Positions 51,707-62,063 are shown, counted from the stretch's first letter. The stretch is DNA of 64,000 bases from Waterburya sp. (GCA_965217895.1 CBDCJV010000002.1:3328001-3392000), one strand, 5' to 3'. The notes: a model not told the origin generated them from the letters alone. Translations and numbers: made by a program.

Positions 51707-52666
51707 ATGCAAAATTCAACCAAAGCAAGCAAAACAGTGATCATTACAGGCGCAACCAGTGGTTTAGGCTATTACTGCGCTGAGGCGATCGCCAGATCTG
51801 GGCAAGACTGGCACATCATCATCGCTAGTCGAAATCTGTCCAGAGTTGAAGAAGCTGTTTGTACCTTGATAGCTGAAACTGAATATCCACATATTGAGGG
51901 AATGGCTCTCGATTTGGCATCACTGGCATCTGTTCGTCAGTTCGCACAGGATTTCATAACCAGAGAACGCCCGCCTTTACAGGCGATCGTTTGTAATGCA
52001 GGAGTTCAAATCGTTTCAGATACGCTCTACACAGAAGATGGGTTTGAGATGACGTTTGGTGTAAATCATTTAGGACACTTTCTACTCGTCAATCTGCTTT
52101 TGCCACAGTTGGGCGATCGCTCTCGCATTGTATTTGTCAGCAGTGGCACACACGATCCAGATACAAACACTGGAATGCCAAAACCGCAATATCAACCTGC
52201 GAAACTTCTTGCCTTCCCTGACAATAATAACCATTACACAGATATTGGGAATACGGGACGAAGACGCTATACCACTTCTAAACTCTGCAATCTTCTCTGT
52301 ACTTACGAGCTTTCACGTCGCTTGCAAAAGCAACAGTCAAATATTACGGCGAATGCTTTCGAGCCAGGTTTAATGCTCGACACAAACCTTGGTCGAGACT
52401 ATAGCGAAGCAGAACTCTCTGCTTTAGGTACAGCCATTCCACGGTCTGTTTTAGAGAACGCTAAAGACTCTAAAACTATGGGAAGTATCCTTGCTAAACT
52501 TGTTCTCGATCCCTCACTTGATCGTGTTACAGGTCAATATTTCGATGGACTGGAGGAAGTTAGATCTTCTGATGAATCCTATGATGAACAGAAAGCAACC
52601 GAACTTTGGGAATCTAGTGCGAAGTTGATCGAACTTTCACCCAAAGAAGCAAGTCTTCTGCAATAA
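51707..52666 (+). CDS. SDR oxidoreductase (protochlorophyllide reductase/RDH-like)
   Basis: TGATSGLG, CNAG, NHLGHFLL, VSSGTH, YTTSK. Confidence 0.9.
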   Translation: MQNSTKASKTVIITGATSGLGYYCAEAIARSGQDWHIIIASRNLSRVEEAVCTLIAETEYPHIEGMALDLASLASVRQFAQDFITRERPPLQAIVCNAGVQIVSDTLYTEDGFEMTFGVNHLGHFLLVNLLLPQLGDRSRIVFVSSGTHDPDTNTGMPKPQYQPAKLLAFPDNNNHYTDIGNTGRRRYTTSKLCNLLCTYELSRRLQKQQSNITANAFEPGLMLDTNLGRDYSEAELSALGTAIPRSVLENAKDSKTMGSILAKLVLDPSLDRVTGQYFDGLEEVRSSDESYDEQKATELWESSAKLIELSPKEASLLQ

Positions 52667-52756
52667 GCCAGTTCGTCTGAAATTGAGGAGCGATAGTCAT
52701 CACTAATGCTTCTCTTTATATAGAAAGATAAACAGGCTAAAGGAATTAAAGATAGC

Positions 52757-52920
52757 TAATCTACAGGTACAAAATCATAGCCATAAGAAGAACGATTTCC
52801 AGGCTGTACCTTAACTAACTGTACTGCCGAATTGCGATCGCCTGATGGTAAAAACTTCACTGTACCCGATGCTCCCTCAAAAGAAAATCCTTACTGAGAT
52901 AAAGTTTGCTGTATTCCTTG
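52757..52920 (-). pseudogene. 3' remnant of a periplasmic-binding-protein type 1 (branched-chain amino acid SBP-like) gene; includes repeat copy B
   Basis: Minus strand QGIQQTLSQ*GFSFEGASGTVKFLPSGDRNSAVQLVKVQPGNRSSYGYDFVPVD*; internal stop, cut by IS at 52921. Confidence 0.65.
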
Positions 52921-54118
52921 GGGAGCAAGTCAGTTTTGACAGAACAAATGAACTAAAGTGAATAAAAAAGTAGAAGGTAGAATAAAGCCAAAGTTAGCAG
53001 TGACAAAATAAAAATAAATGACTCCTGAAACAGAACAAAAGTTAGCGCAACACATAGAAGCTATTGCTGCTTTACTTTATCAAGAAACTGAAGCAGAACA
53101 AGTAGAGAGTCTAGGTAAAATAGAAGCGACAATTAGAGAACAAACTCTTGAATACATTACCCCTCAATTGGGCATTTTTTTATTCAGCAAACTACAGGAA
53201 CAAAAGCAGGAAGAGTAAGAAACATCAAGAGTATCATTGGAAAACTGCCAATTAGCGAAAAACAAGGTCATAGACTAAAAATAAAATCTCATCAAAGAAT
53301 TAGTCCTTATTTAACGGAATGCTGCCTCAGAGCTAGTGCCAATGTCTCTTATGAGAGTGCATCTCAAGATGTAGCAAGATACACAGGAATGATAGTTTCA
53401 GAGAAAACTCAACAGAGATTGGTTCATCGACATCAATTTAGGGAAGCTAACTGTGAAGCGAAAGTATCAGAGATTAGTGTTGACGGAGGAAAAGTACGTC
53501 TGAGAACGGAACGCAAAGGCCAATCCTGTATCTGGAGAGACTATAAAGCAGTCTGTATTGATTCACAATCAAGAATGGCATGGTTTCAGGAGAATGAAGA
53601 ACTAGTTAAAGGGGTCAATCAACAACCCTTTGATGTGTGTTGAATTGTGTGGCAGATGGTCATCAAGGAATTTGGAATCTAATGAACCAGTTCAATCGCG
53701 AAGGTGAAACTAGACAAATTCTAGACTGGTTTCATCTCGTAGAGAATCTTTATAAAGTCGGCGGTTCAAATAAACGCATCGAGCAAGGAAAAAGTCTTTT
53801 ATGGCAGGGAAAAGTTAATGAAACTTTAGCTTTATTTTCGCCTTTAAAAAAGAAACAAGCACAAAACTTTTGTACTTATTTAGAAAATCATCGCGATCGC
53901 ATTGTCAACTATGATTATTATCAAGCAGAAAATATTTGTGCCATTGCTTCAGGTGGGGTGGAGTCTACCGTTAAGCAGATAGACCGAAGACTAAAAATTT
54001 CAGGCGCGCAATGGAAAATTGAAAATGTACCACAAGTCTTAAAACATCGATGCGCCTATCTCAACAATACTCTTTTTACTCAGTAGTACTTATGTTCTTG
54101 CATAATTGACTTGCTCCC
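52921..54118 (+). mobile_element. ISKra4-family-like insertion sequence
   Basis: Terminal IRs GGGAGCAAGTCAGTTTTGACAGAACA / GGGAGCAAGTCAATTATGCAAGAACA (revcomp); transposase with DGGK, DGHQGIWN, DWFHL, SGGVESTVK. Confidence 0.85.
53018..54086 (+). pseudogene. transposase, frameshifted
   Basis: Three ORF pieces; slippery T7 run at 53175-53181 (probably programmed) plus a second frame break near 53637. Confidence 0.8.
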
Positions 54119-54963
54119 TTACTATTGGTCTAAATTTGTGATAGTGCAATTGTCCGTTGCTGCTCCCCAATTTCTCTTTGTAGTAAAAATTGCTCCAATT
54201 CAGCTCGATTTTTAAATGCTTGGACGATACTTTCTGGCAAAGAAAGTTTCCAAATACCAGCTTCTTCGATAGCATCAGCTGCAGCTAAATTAGCATTCTG
54301 TGAGATGCCTAAGGTTTCTGTTAGCTGTCGGCGTGCAATTTCCTGATTAGCCAGAGCAGTGACCAAATTTTGCTTAGATCTATCTAATTCCACTCTGGCT
54401 CTCAATACATCAAATTTAGTACCAACCCCTGCTTCAGTTAGAAGTTGAGCGTCTCTCAAAGTTCGAGTCGCATCTCTTACGGCTGCTGACTGAATTTCAA
54501 CTTGAGCGTCACCGTTCTGTAGAGCATAGTAATCCGTAGAAACTTGAAGGCGAGTATCCTCAACAGTTGTTGACAAATCTAATTCTGTAATATGCAGTTG
54601 CTTTTCGGCAGAGCGAATTGAAGCCCCTCTAAAACCACCGTCATAAATATTATACCTAAGATCCAAGCGGGGATTAAAATCAAACTTTTCGGCACTCATG
54701 CTTTGCAAAACAGCACCTTGCGGACTACTTGGTGCTATACTCGCTTGAGCAGCCTGTTCGGATACAGTATCTAAAAAACCGTTATTTTCATAGCTTAAGA
54801 TACTAGGACTTGTGCCGCTTCTAAAGTCTAAGGTAGGAAATAGTGCAGCTTTTTGTTGTCTTAAGGCGAATTGCGATCGCTTTATCCGAATCCTAGCTTC
54901 GATGATATTTTTGTTGTTCTTAAGTGATAGTTGTATTGCCTGTTTTATAGTAATGGATCGCAT
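54119..54963 (-). pseudogene. TolC-family outer membrane protein, truncated
   Basis: YNIYDGG, AGVGTKFDVLRA; extra T before the stop (QI-RPIV in the other frame), then IS end; second TolC repeat absent. Confidence 0.75.
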
Positions 54964-55049
54964 TTCTTTGATGCGATTGCCTTGCTCGTGTGAGGACTCT
55001 CCAATCTTCTATCTCAAAACATTTGGCTATTTAATCGAACCTAGTATTA

Positions 55050-55967
55050 ATGGGTAAATATGGTTTCGCTATTGTTTATCATCCTGACTATGTTGCGCCT
55101 CTACCTGATGCCCATCGGTTTCCCATGCCCAAATTTAAAATATTGCGAGATTTATTGCTGAAGGATGAAGTAATTAAGCCTGAACAGATCTATCAGCCAG
55201 AATTACCTGATTTAGAATTAATTCAGCTAGTTCATACTCCTGAATACGTTCAGGCATACTGCAACGGGACATTAGATCATAAGGCACAACGTCGCATTGG
55301 TTTACCTTGGAGTGAGGCTTTGGCTCATCGTACCCGTATTGCTATTGGTGGGACTATCTTAGCTGCGAAATTAGCTTTAGAGTATGGTTGTGCCTGCAAC
55401 ACCGCAGGGGGAACACATCATGCTTTTCCTAGCTATGGATCGGGTTTTTGTATCTTTAACGATCTGGCGATCGCATCTCGCGTATTGCTAGATCGAGGAT
55501 TAGTTGACAAAATTTTAATTGTCGATCTCGATGTCCACCAGGGAGACGGTACGGCCTTTATTTTTCAAGATGACAACAGTGTATTTACTTTTTCGATGCA
55601 CTGCGAGGCAAATTTTCCAGGTAAAAAACAACAAAGCGATTTTGACGTTCCATTGCCTGTAGGTTTAGATGACAATAGCTATTTGCAAATCTTAGCCAAT
55701 CACTTGTCAGACTTACTTACTCAGGTAAACCCAGACTTAGTATTATTTGATGCGGGAGTAGATATCCATGCAAGCGATCGCCTTGGTAAACTATCTCTTA
55801 CCGACTGGGGTATTTATCGACGGGAAAGAATGGTTTTAAGCACCTGTAAAGCGATCGGCTATCCCGTGGCTAGCGTCATCGGTGGTGGCTATGGTAAGGA
55901 TATGTCGGCATTGGTTTATCGTCATTCCCTGTTGTATCGTGCAGCTAAAGAAGTTTATTCAAGATAA
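55050..55967 (+). CDS. histone deacetylase-family protein
   Basis: HRFP, GGTHHA, GFCIFND, DLDVHQGDGT, GGGY. Confidence 0.93.
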   Translation: MGKYGFAIVYHPDYVAPLPDAHRFPMPKFKILRDLLLKDEVIKPEQIYQPELPDLELIQLVHTPEYVQAYCNGTLDHKAQRRIGLPWSEALAHRTRIAIGGTILAAKLALEYGCACNTAGGTHHAFPSYGSGFCIFNDLAIASRVLLDRGLVDKILIVDLDVHQGDGTAFIFQDDNSVFTFSMHCEANFPGKKQQSDFDVPLPVGLDDNSYLQILANHLSDLLTQVNPDLVLFDAGVDIHASDRLGKLSLTDWGIYRRERMVLSTCKAIGYPVASVIGGGYGKDMSALVYRHSLLYRAAKEVYSR

Positions 55968-55976
55968 CAACTCACA

Positions 55977-56453
55977 ATGATCGATGAACAATTGGCAACT
56001 TTTGGTGCAGGCTGTTTTTGGAAAACCGAACATAAATTTTTACGAGTGCCAGGAGTGATCGAAACTTCGGTAGGATACATGGGGGGAGACTTTCCTAATC
56101 CTTCTTATTTGGATGTAGTGGCGAGAATTACGGGTCATGCAGAAGTAGCTCAGATTAAATATGATCCAGAGATAGTCAGCTATGAGGAGTTGCTAAATAT
56201 ATTTTGGCAAATGCACGATCCAACTAGCCTTAATCGTCAGGGTGCAGACAGGGGGGAACAATATCGCTCAGTAATTTTTTATCACAATACTGAGCAAGAG
56301 CAAGTTGCCCACAGATCGAAGCAGCAGCTACAGCAATCAGGTAAATACGACAAAAATATCGTTACCCAGATTAAACCAGCTAAGGATTATTATCTCGCTA
56401 CCGAAGACCATCAGCAATATCTAGCGAAGAAGAATAGAGTAGCTAAAAATTAA
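55977..56453 (+). CDS. msrA: peptide-methionine (S)-S-oxide reductase
   Basis: GAGCFW, TGHAE, HDPT, QYRS, HQQYL. Confidence 0.95.
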   Translation: MIDEQLATFGAGCFWKTEHKFLRVPGVIETSVGYMGGDFPNPSYLDVVARITGHAEVAQIKYDPEIVSYEELLNIFWQMHDPTSLNRQGADRGEQYRSVIFYHNTEQEQVAHRSKQQLQQSGKYDKNIVTQIKPAKDYYLATEDHQQYLAKKNRVAKN

Positions 56454-56698
56454 TGTAATTGTTTCAGTTTTTAGTTGGCAAAGTTCATCATCATAAAAGA
56501 TGCTTGTGTTCTTTCTATTTGACTAGATAGTACTGCATTTTTAGCAGCGATCGCCACATTTAGCTGTTGTTAAGTTTGCAACTAAGTATTAAAGACTAAT
56601 CAAAAAACTAACTAGATTGGCTCTATGATGAAAAATTAAGTGTAAACACTGATTAGGTCTACCAAAAAAATTGTGTAAGTGTTAAGGAGTAAGATTTT

Positions 56699-57706
56699 AT
56701 GGCTGTATCTACCAGGGTTAATGGAGTACTGAGTCCTGGTGCTTGTTTGGCAAGTGGGGAATATAGAATCAATAAACCTTTGGGACAAGGAGGCTTTGGC
56801 ATTACCTACCGAGGTATTGACACCAGATTAAATCGTGCCGTAGCGGTAAAAGAGTTTTTTCCCGAAGGCTGCTGGCGAGAGGGAGCAACGGTCGTATCCG
56901 CAGGTAAATGGAATTATGATACTTACAGCAATGCTAAACAAAAATTTCTTCTCGAAGGTCAAACTTTAGGACAGTTTAATCATGCGGGAATTGTTCAGGT
57001 TTTTTATTATTTTGAAGAAAACAACACCGCTTACATGGTGATGGAATATCTTCAGGGAAAAACCTTGGCGCAACTGCTCAAACAGCGTCAGGGCAAACTA
57101 CCCCAAGCAGAAGCTTTAAAATATATCGCCAAAATTAGCGCAGCCTTAGAAGTTTTACATCAGGCTCAATTTTTACATCGAGATATCAAGCCTGATAATA
57201 TTATGCTGACAAATGATGGCAGGGTCGTCTTAATTGATTTTGGCGCAGCTAAAGACTTCACCGCCAGCAGCACCGATAAATACTCGACGATGTTGACTCC
57301 TGGATATGCACCCCTAGAACAGTATGGACGTAGGCTTAAGTCTGGGGCATTCACAGATATGTATGCCCTAGGTTCAACTTTATATCATCTATTAACTGGA
57401 AAAGCTCCCGTTTCCGCCATTGAAAGAGCAGCAGGAGTTAAACTAAAAACTGTTAAAGAGATTACCCCCCAGGTTAGTTCTCATGTAAGTGAAGCGATCG
57501 CCAAATCAATGCTCATGGATGTAACCCAAAGATTACAGTCGGTAGGCGAATTTTTGGATTTATTGCGTCTAGACTCTGGTAAACTACCTGTCAAAATTAA
57601 CGCCAACAATTTTTATAGTGCAGTAAAAGATCCTTGGAACGCTTTTAATCATACAGAGGCTGTTTCTTCTGGGTCAGCTTATGCCAAAACCAGTAAATGG
57701 TTTTAG
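56699..57706 (+). CDS. Hanks-type Ser/Thr protein kinase (soluble)
   Basis: GQGGFG, VAVKE, HRDIKPDN, DFG, GYAPLEQ. Confidence 0.95.
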   Translation: MAVSTRVNGVLSPGACLASGEYRINKPLGQGGFGITYRGIDTRLNRAVAVKEFFPEGCWREGATVVSAGKWNYDTYSNAKQKFLLEGQTLGQFNHAGIVQVFYYFEENNTAYMVMEYLQGKTLAQLLKQRQGKLPQAEALKYIAKISAALEVLHQAQFLHRDIKPDNIMLTNDGRVVLIDFGAAKDFTASSTDKYSTMLTPGYAPLEQYGRRLKSGAFTDMYALGSTLYHLLTGKAPVSAIERAAGVKLKTVKEITPQVSSHVSEAIAKSMLMDVTQRLQSVGEFLDLLRLDSGKLPVKINANNFYSAVKDPWNAFNHTEAVSSGSAYAKTSKWF

Positions 57707-58689
57707 AGAACATGAAACTCGAAAATATCAAGATTGCCATGTTAGGCACGACTGGTGCGGGAAAAACCAGCTATATGCTGGGAATGTATGCAGTAATGCA
57801 AACGGGAATCCAAGGATTCACCCTCGCAGCCAAAGATATGGACTTAGATTTAGAATTAACCCAAAGATGGGAAAAATTAATTTCTGTTGAAGGAGAAGAC
57901 CGCTGGCCCACACCCAACGCAGCGACAATAGAATATTATAAGTTTGACTTTAGCTACGGCTATCGTCCTTTGATGGGATTTGAATGGTTAGATTATCGGG
58001 GTTTAGCATTAAGCGATCGCTCTACCGAGCAAGATGTATCAGACTTGGCTCAGTATATAACTGAATCTGACTGTTTATTTCTGTGTATCTCAGGGGAACA
58101 TTTAGTTAATGAAATTACTCCTAGCACCGTGCGGGAATTAAAAAGCGATCGCCTGAATCAGTTTATTCAGCAATATGTGAGCGTCAATAAAAATCCTGAC
58201 CCCCAAAAACCTTTTCCAATCGCGATCGTCATCACTAAATACGATCTTTGCCATCATCGAGAAAGAGATGACATTATTAACGACGTTAAAAAGCTTTTCC
58301 AGGCACTATTTACTCCCAATTCAGGCTGGCTAGTTATGGTTTGCCCTGTAAGTTTGGGACGAGAATTGTGTGACGACCCCGACGGAGGAAAAATTATTCC
58401 TGTCAATGCTCATTTGCCGATTATATTTGCTATTTATGCCCAGCTAAGAGCCAATAATTTAAAATTAAAAGCACAGAGAGAGCATCAAACCGTAGCTATT
58501 AACGCTCTCAAGCAGACAAGCCCACTCGTCCAGCTATTTAAGGCTTCAGAATTAAAAGAACAGACTAGCCAACTGCAAACCTCCGAAACCGAAATTATTG
58601 CTATTGAAGAGAACATGAAGCTTTTGTCTCAAGAATTACAGCAGGCTTCTTTGTACTTTAACGGTAGCGAGGTAACAGCCGATGTCTAA
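57697..58689 (+). CDS. TRAFAC-class P-loop GTPase with C-terminal coiled coil
   Basis: G1 GTTGAGKT, G3 DYRG, G4 TKYD; start may be ATG 57712. Confidence 0.8.
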   Translation: MVLENMKLENIKIAMLGTTGAGKTSYMLGMYAVMQTGIQGFTLAAKDMDLDLELTQRWEKLISVEGEDRWPTPNAATIEYYKFDFSYGYRPLMGFEWLDYRGLALSDRSTEQDVSDLAQYITESDCLFLCISGEHLVNEITPSTVRELKSDRLNQFIQQYVSVNKNPDPQKPFPIAIVITKYDLCHHRERDDIINDVKKLFQALFTPNSGWLVMVCPVSLGRELCDDPDGGKIIPVNAHLPIIFAIYAQLRANNLKLKAQREHQTVAINALKQTSPLVQLFKASELKEQTSQLQTSETEIIAIEENMKLLSQELQQASLYFNGSEVTADV

Positions 58690-59722
58690 ACAAGATTGGG
58701 CGGCAATTGTTTATGGACGTAGTTTTCATCTAGATTTTCGCTACATTACTGTTCCTCATGATTTTACTGCCAAAGACATCACCTGGGCATCAGCCCATAT
58801 CTTAGCCACAACTCATCAGGCTCATAACCTTGGGAATTATCCTCGTTGGTCATTGTTCAAAAATAATGACCACTGCATAGTTGGTGTTACCTGCATGGTG
58901 CGAGATTTGATTGGACAACTGGACAAAGATTCAATTGAAGTGATGGCAAAAGACGATCAGGGTAGACCCCTGTATATATTTGTTGGTTATGTTACTCAGC
59001 TATGTCAGCAAAAAAGCCTTTTGAATTTTCCTGCCTACACAGAAAAACACCTAGAGGGTTTTAAGTCTCTTTATCAACAAATAGAAAAAGTCTGGTTAGT
59101 TAAAGATTATGACCAGAAAAGTAGACAACCTCTGCTGAGTCAATATCAATCATTAAACTCTTCTGTAGAATTGATTCAGCCTGACAAAAAAATTGATTCT
59201 ATTCCCGAAATAAACAATTTTCTAAAACAGCCTGACAAAACATATTCCTGGTGCAACTCAAATCAGCAAAATAATCAGCTATGGATGGCTGCTGCTAAAT
59301 GTTCAGTCGAGACTTCTTTGTGCTTAAACATTAAAGCAAAGGTTATTTCCAATAGTCCCTTTTTGAATCAGACTATCACTCAACTAGATAGTTTCACCAT
59401 CAGCGATCGCATTTCCACCCAAAAACTCCGTTTAGCTTCGGCGCAACCGAATCATCAAAAGCAGGAATTAAATAAACAGCTTCAGACTCATCAGTCATTG
59501 CCCCAGATAATTTCAACCAGGGCAAAAGAAGATTTTGACCTAACTTTAAAACACGCTGCTAAAGTAACAACTGCCAGCCAAGAATTAATCAATAACTTTA
59601 CCAATCAATTTGACCAACCCTCAGAGATTACTCCCAAAACGGATAAATCTAGTGACATAGAGAATTTTGGCTTTAAAACTAAAATACAGTCACCCACTAC
59701 GGTTAAAAAAGATTGGTTTTGA
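58682..59722 (+). CDS. hypothetical GTPase-associated protein
   Basis: 346-aa ORF overlapping the GTPase stop; globular-looking N-terminus (IVYGRSFHLDFR, KDDQGRPLYIFVGY) and low-complexity tail. Confidence 0.75.
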   Translation: MSKQDWAAIVYGRSFHLDFRYITVPHDFTAKDITWASAHILATTHQAHNLGNYPRWSLFKNNDHCIVGVTCMVRDLIGQLDKDSIEVMAKDDQGRPLYIFVGYVTQLCQQKSLLNFPAYTEKHLEGFKSLYQQIEKVWLVKDYDQKSRQPLLSQYQSLNSSVELIQPDKKIDSIPEINNFLKQPDKTYSWCNSNQQNNQLWMAAAKCSVETSLCLNIKAKVISNSPFLNQTITQLDSFTISDRISTQKLRLASAQPNHQKQELNKQLQTHQSLPQIISTRAKEDFDLTLKHAAKVTTASQELINNFTNQFDQPSEITPKTDKSSDIENFGFKTKIQSPTTVKKDWF

Positions 59723-59745
59723 TGCTTAAATTTATGGTATCTGCT

Positions 59746-59877
59746 GTGACGGGGTGACAAGGTGACGGGAGTGTTTGGGGTGTTTGGAGTAGTGAGGTTT
59801 TTACTCTACCTCCACCATCTTCTCTATCTCCACTACTTTTCTACCTCTCCAAGTCCCCAAGTCCCCAAGTCTTCAAG
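59746..59877. repeat. short tandem repeats between convergent genes
   Basis: G-rich GTGAC/GTGTTTGG units then C-rich (CCAAGTCC)x~3. Confidence 0.6.
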
Positions 59878-59910
59878 CCTTACAGATCGATAAGCGCGTC
59901 ACATTAAATA

Positions 59911-61155
59911 TCAATTGTTATTTGAGGGTGTCAAACTGCCAGTCAGTTGTCTTAAATAGTGAAGAATAATCATGCCAACTATTACAGAGGCAGCACACCC
60001 AAACCAAAAGTAATTAGTCAATTGCGGATGATCTAACGCCCAACCTCCCAAAGGAGGTCCAATAAAGTAGCCGATCGCCCAACATTGAGAACTAATAGAA
60101 AAATAGACCCCCCGCAAAGACTCAGGGGCTAATTCTGCTACCAAGCCCGAAGCAATAGGGGTGTAAGTTACCATGCCCAAAGACATAATTCCTAGAGTTA
60201 AAATTGCCCAATTCAAAGTATTGCTTGATACACTACCCGTTACCCAAACCAAAATAAAGGCCATTCCCCACAGGACTAGAGAAACAGTCAATCCTGTAAT
60301 GCGACTAAAGCGATTGAGTATCCAGGCTGCGGGTAGTTGACAAACAGCAGCAAAGACAATGTGCCAGGTAAATAAACCACTAATAACCTTATCCGAAAAA
60401 CCTGTTCCCGTATCTCCTAGCTGCACAAAGTTTTTGAGGTATAAAGGCATGGTGCTTTGTACCTGAGAAAGATAGATAGTAAATAAGATATTTACCGCCA
60501 CGTATACCATTAAAGCGCGATCGCGCAATGCCAAAGACCAGCCATTCTGTTTTTTTACTTCTGGTTGGGACTGAAATTGAAAAGTTTCGGCGATCGCAAA
60601 GTAAATAACGGCAAAAAAGACAACAAAAGAAATCCCATCAATAGCAAATAAAGCTCGGTAATTACCAGAATTGGCAATCAATGCCCCACCTAATACCACC
60701 CCTAAACTTAAGCCCAAACTGTCAGCTAACCGCGTTATAGCAAAAGCTTCGTTACGCTGTTCGGGAGTTGTCAGATCGATAATTGCTGCTTCGGTGGCGG
60801 GCCAATATATACCAATGCCAAGGCCCATCAGCATATTACCCAAAATCAAGGTGGGAAAATTACTAGTTAAAGCTAAAACCACGTCTGCTATTACAGATAC
60901 GGCAGCAGCAGTCAAAAGAGTTTTTCTCCGTCCCCATTTAGGAGAATCTGCCCATTGTCCCCCCAGAAATCTGCCTGCAACCCCAGAAACCGAGCCACTA
61001 CCTAAAGCAATTCCTACCAAAGTAGCAGAAAGCCCTACCTGATTAACAAAAAAAATCGGCGCGTAAAATAACGTAAAGCCAGTGCCGATTTCTGATAACA
61101 GCCTACCTGCTGCTAAAATCCAAACCTTAAAACTAAAATTTAGTATTCGAGACAT
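59911..61155 (-). CDS. MFS transporter
   Basis: GGQWADSPKWGRR motif A variant; about 12 hydrophobic segments. Confidence 0.9.
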   Translation of the reverse strand: MSRILNFSFKVWILAAGRLLSEIGTGFTLFYAPIFFVNQVGLSATLVGIALGSGSVSGVAGRFLGGQWADSPKWGRRKTLLTAAAVSVIADVVLALTSNFPTLILGNMLMGLGIGIYWPATEAAIIDLTTPEQRNEAFAITRLADSLGLSLGVVLGGALIANSGNYRALFAIDGISFVVFFAVIYFAIAETFQFQSQPEVKKQNGWSLALRDRALMVYVAVNILFTIYLSQVQSTMPLYLKNFVQLGDTGTGFSDKVISGLFTWHIVFAAVCQLPAAWILNRFSRITGLTVSLVLWGMAFILVWVTGSVSSNTLNWAILTLGIMSLGMVTYTPIASGLVAELAPESLRGVYFSISSQCWAIGYFIGPPLGGWALDHPQLTNYFWFGCAASVIVGMIILHYLRQLTGSLTPSNNN

Positions 61156-61265
61156 TCAATTCATCTAATAATTTTTTGCTTTTAAGGCATATTTATTCTA
61201 ATTTTAGGTTTATTTGCCCAAGCAAGTTGTAAAAATCAGGAAATATGGATTATAAATGATGGATT

Positions 61266-62063
61266 ATGACAATAACTCCTGCACAAGAAGCGATCGCCAA
61301 TTTAATCAATCTTGCCGAACGAGGGGAAATCGATCCTTGGGATGTTCCCGTAATTAGTATTATTGACCGTTTCTTAACAGAACTTGGGCTGATGGGCGAA
61401 ACCGACCTCCCACAGCAAGAAGCCGATCTTCCTCGTTCTGGTCAAGCATTTCTCTGGGCATCAATGCTAGTCCTGTTTAAAGCCGACAGTTTGCAATTAT
61501 TAGAAGAAGAACTGGTAGAAATCGAAGAGGAATTTTTAGAAGAAGAATTTTTAGAAGAAGTAGAAAGAAGAACTCTACCCGCAAATTTAGAACAGCATCT
61601 GCGCCGACGTACCTCGATCCAACCAGTAGGAAAACGCCGTGTCACTCTGCAAGAATTAATTGAACAGCTAGAACACATTGCAGCAGAAATAGAGGCAGCA
61701 GCCACCGATGGTTCTCCCCGTCGTTCCCAACGCTCTCGTAGTGCAGCCATCAAAGCGATCGCCCAACTGGCGCATAACGAAAATTTGACCGAGTTAGCCG
61801 CTCAGTTAGAAAGTTTTTTACATATTCATTTAACTCAATTGTCCTCAAACAATGATTGTGTAGATTGGGAACAGCTATTACAAAGATGGCATCTTGCCGA
61901 ATCTACCAAACTCAAAGATGAGGATAATCACGGAGATCTAGACAGGGCGGGAGTATTTTGGGCTTTGTTGCTGCTCTCTGCCCAATCTAAAGTAGAACTG
62001 TTTCAAGAAGAATTTTATCAAGACCTTAGTATTCGTCCCTTAAACTCCTGTATACAAACATGA
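61266..62063 (+). CDS. scpA: segregation and condensation protein A (kleisin)
   Basis: EIDPWDV, VTLQELI, FWALLLLSAQSKVELFQEEFYQD. Confidence 0.88.
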   Translation: MTITPAQEAIANLINLAERGEIDPWDVPVISIIDRFLTELGLMGETDLPQQEADLPRSGQAFLWASMLVLFKADSLQLLEEELVEIEEEFLEEEFLEEVERRTLPANLEQHLRRRTSIQPVGKRRVTLQELIEQLEHIAAEIEAAATDGSPRRSQRSRSAAIKAIAQLAHNENLTELAAQLESFLHIHLTQLSSNNDCVDWEQLLQRWHLAESTKLKDEDNHGDLDRAGVFWALLLLSAQSKVELFQEEFYQDLSIRPLNSCIQT

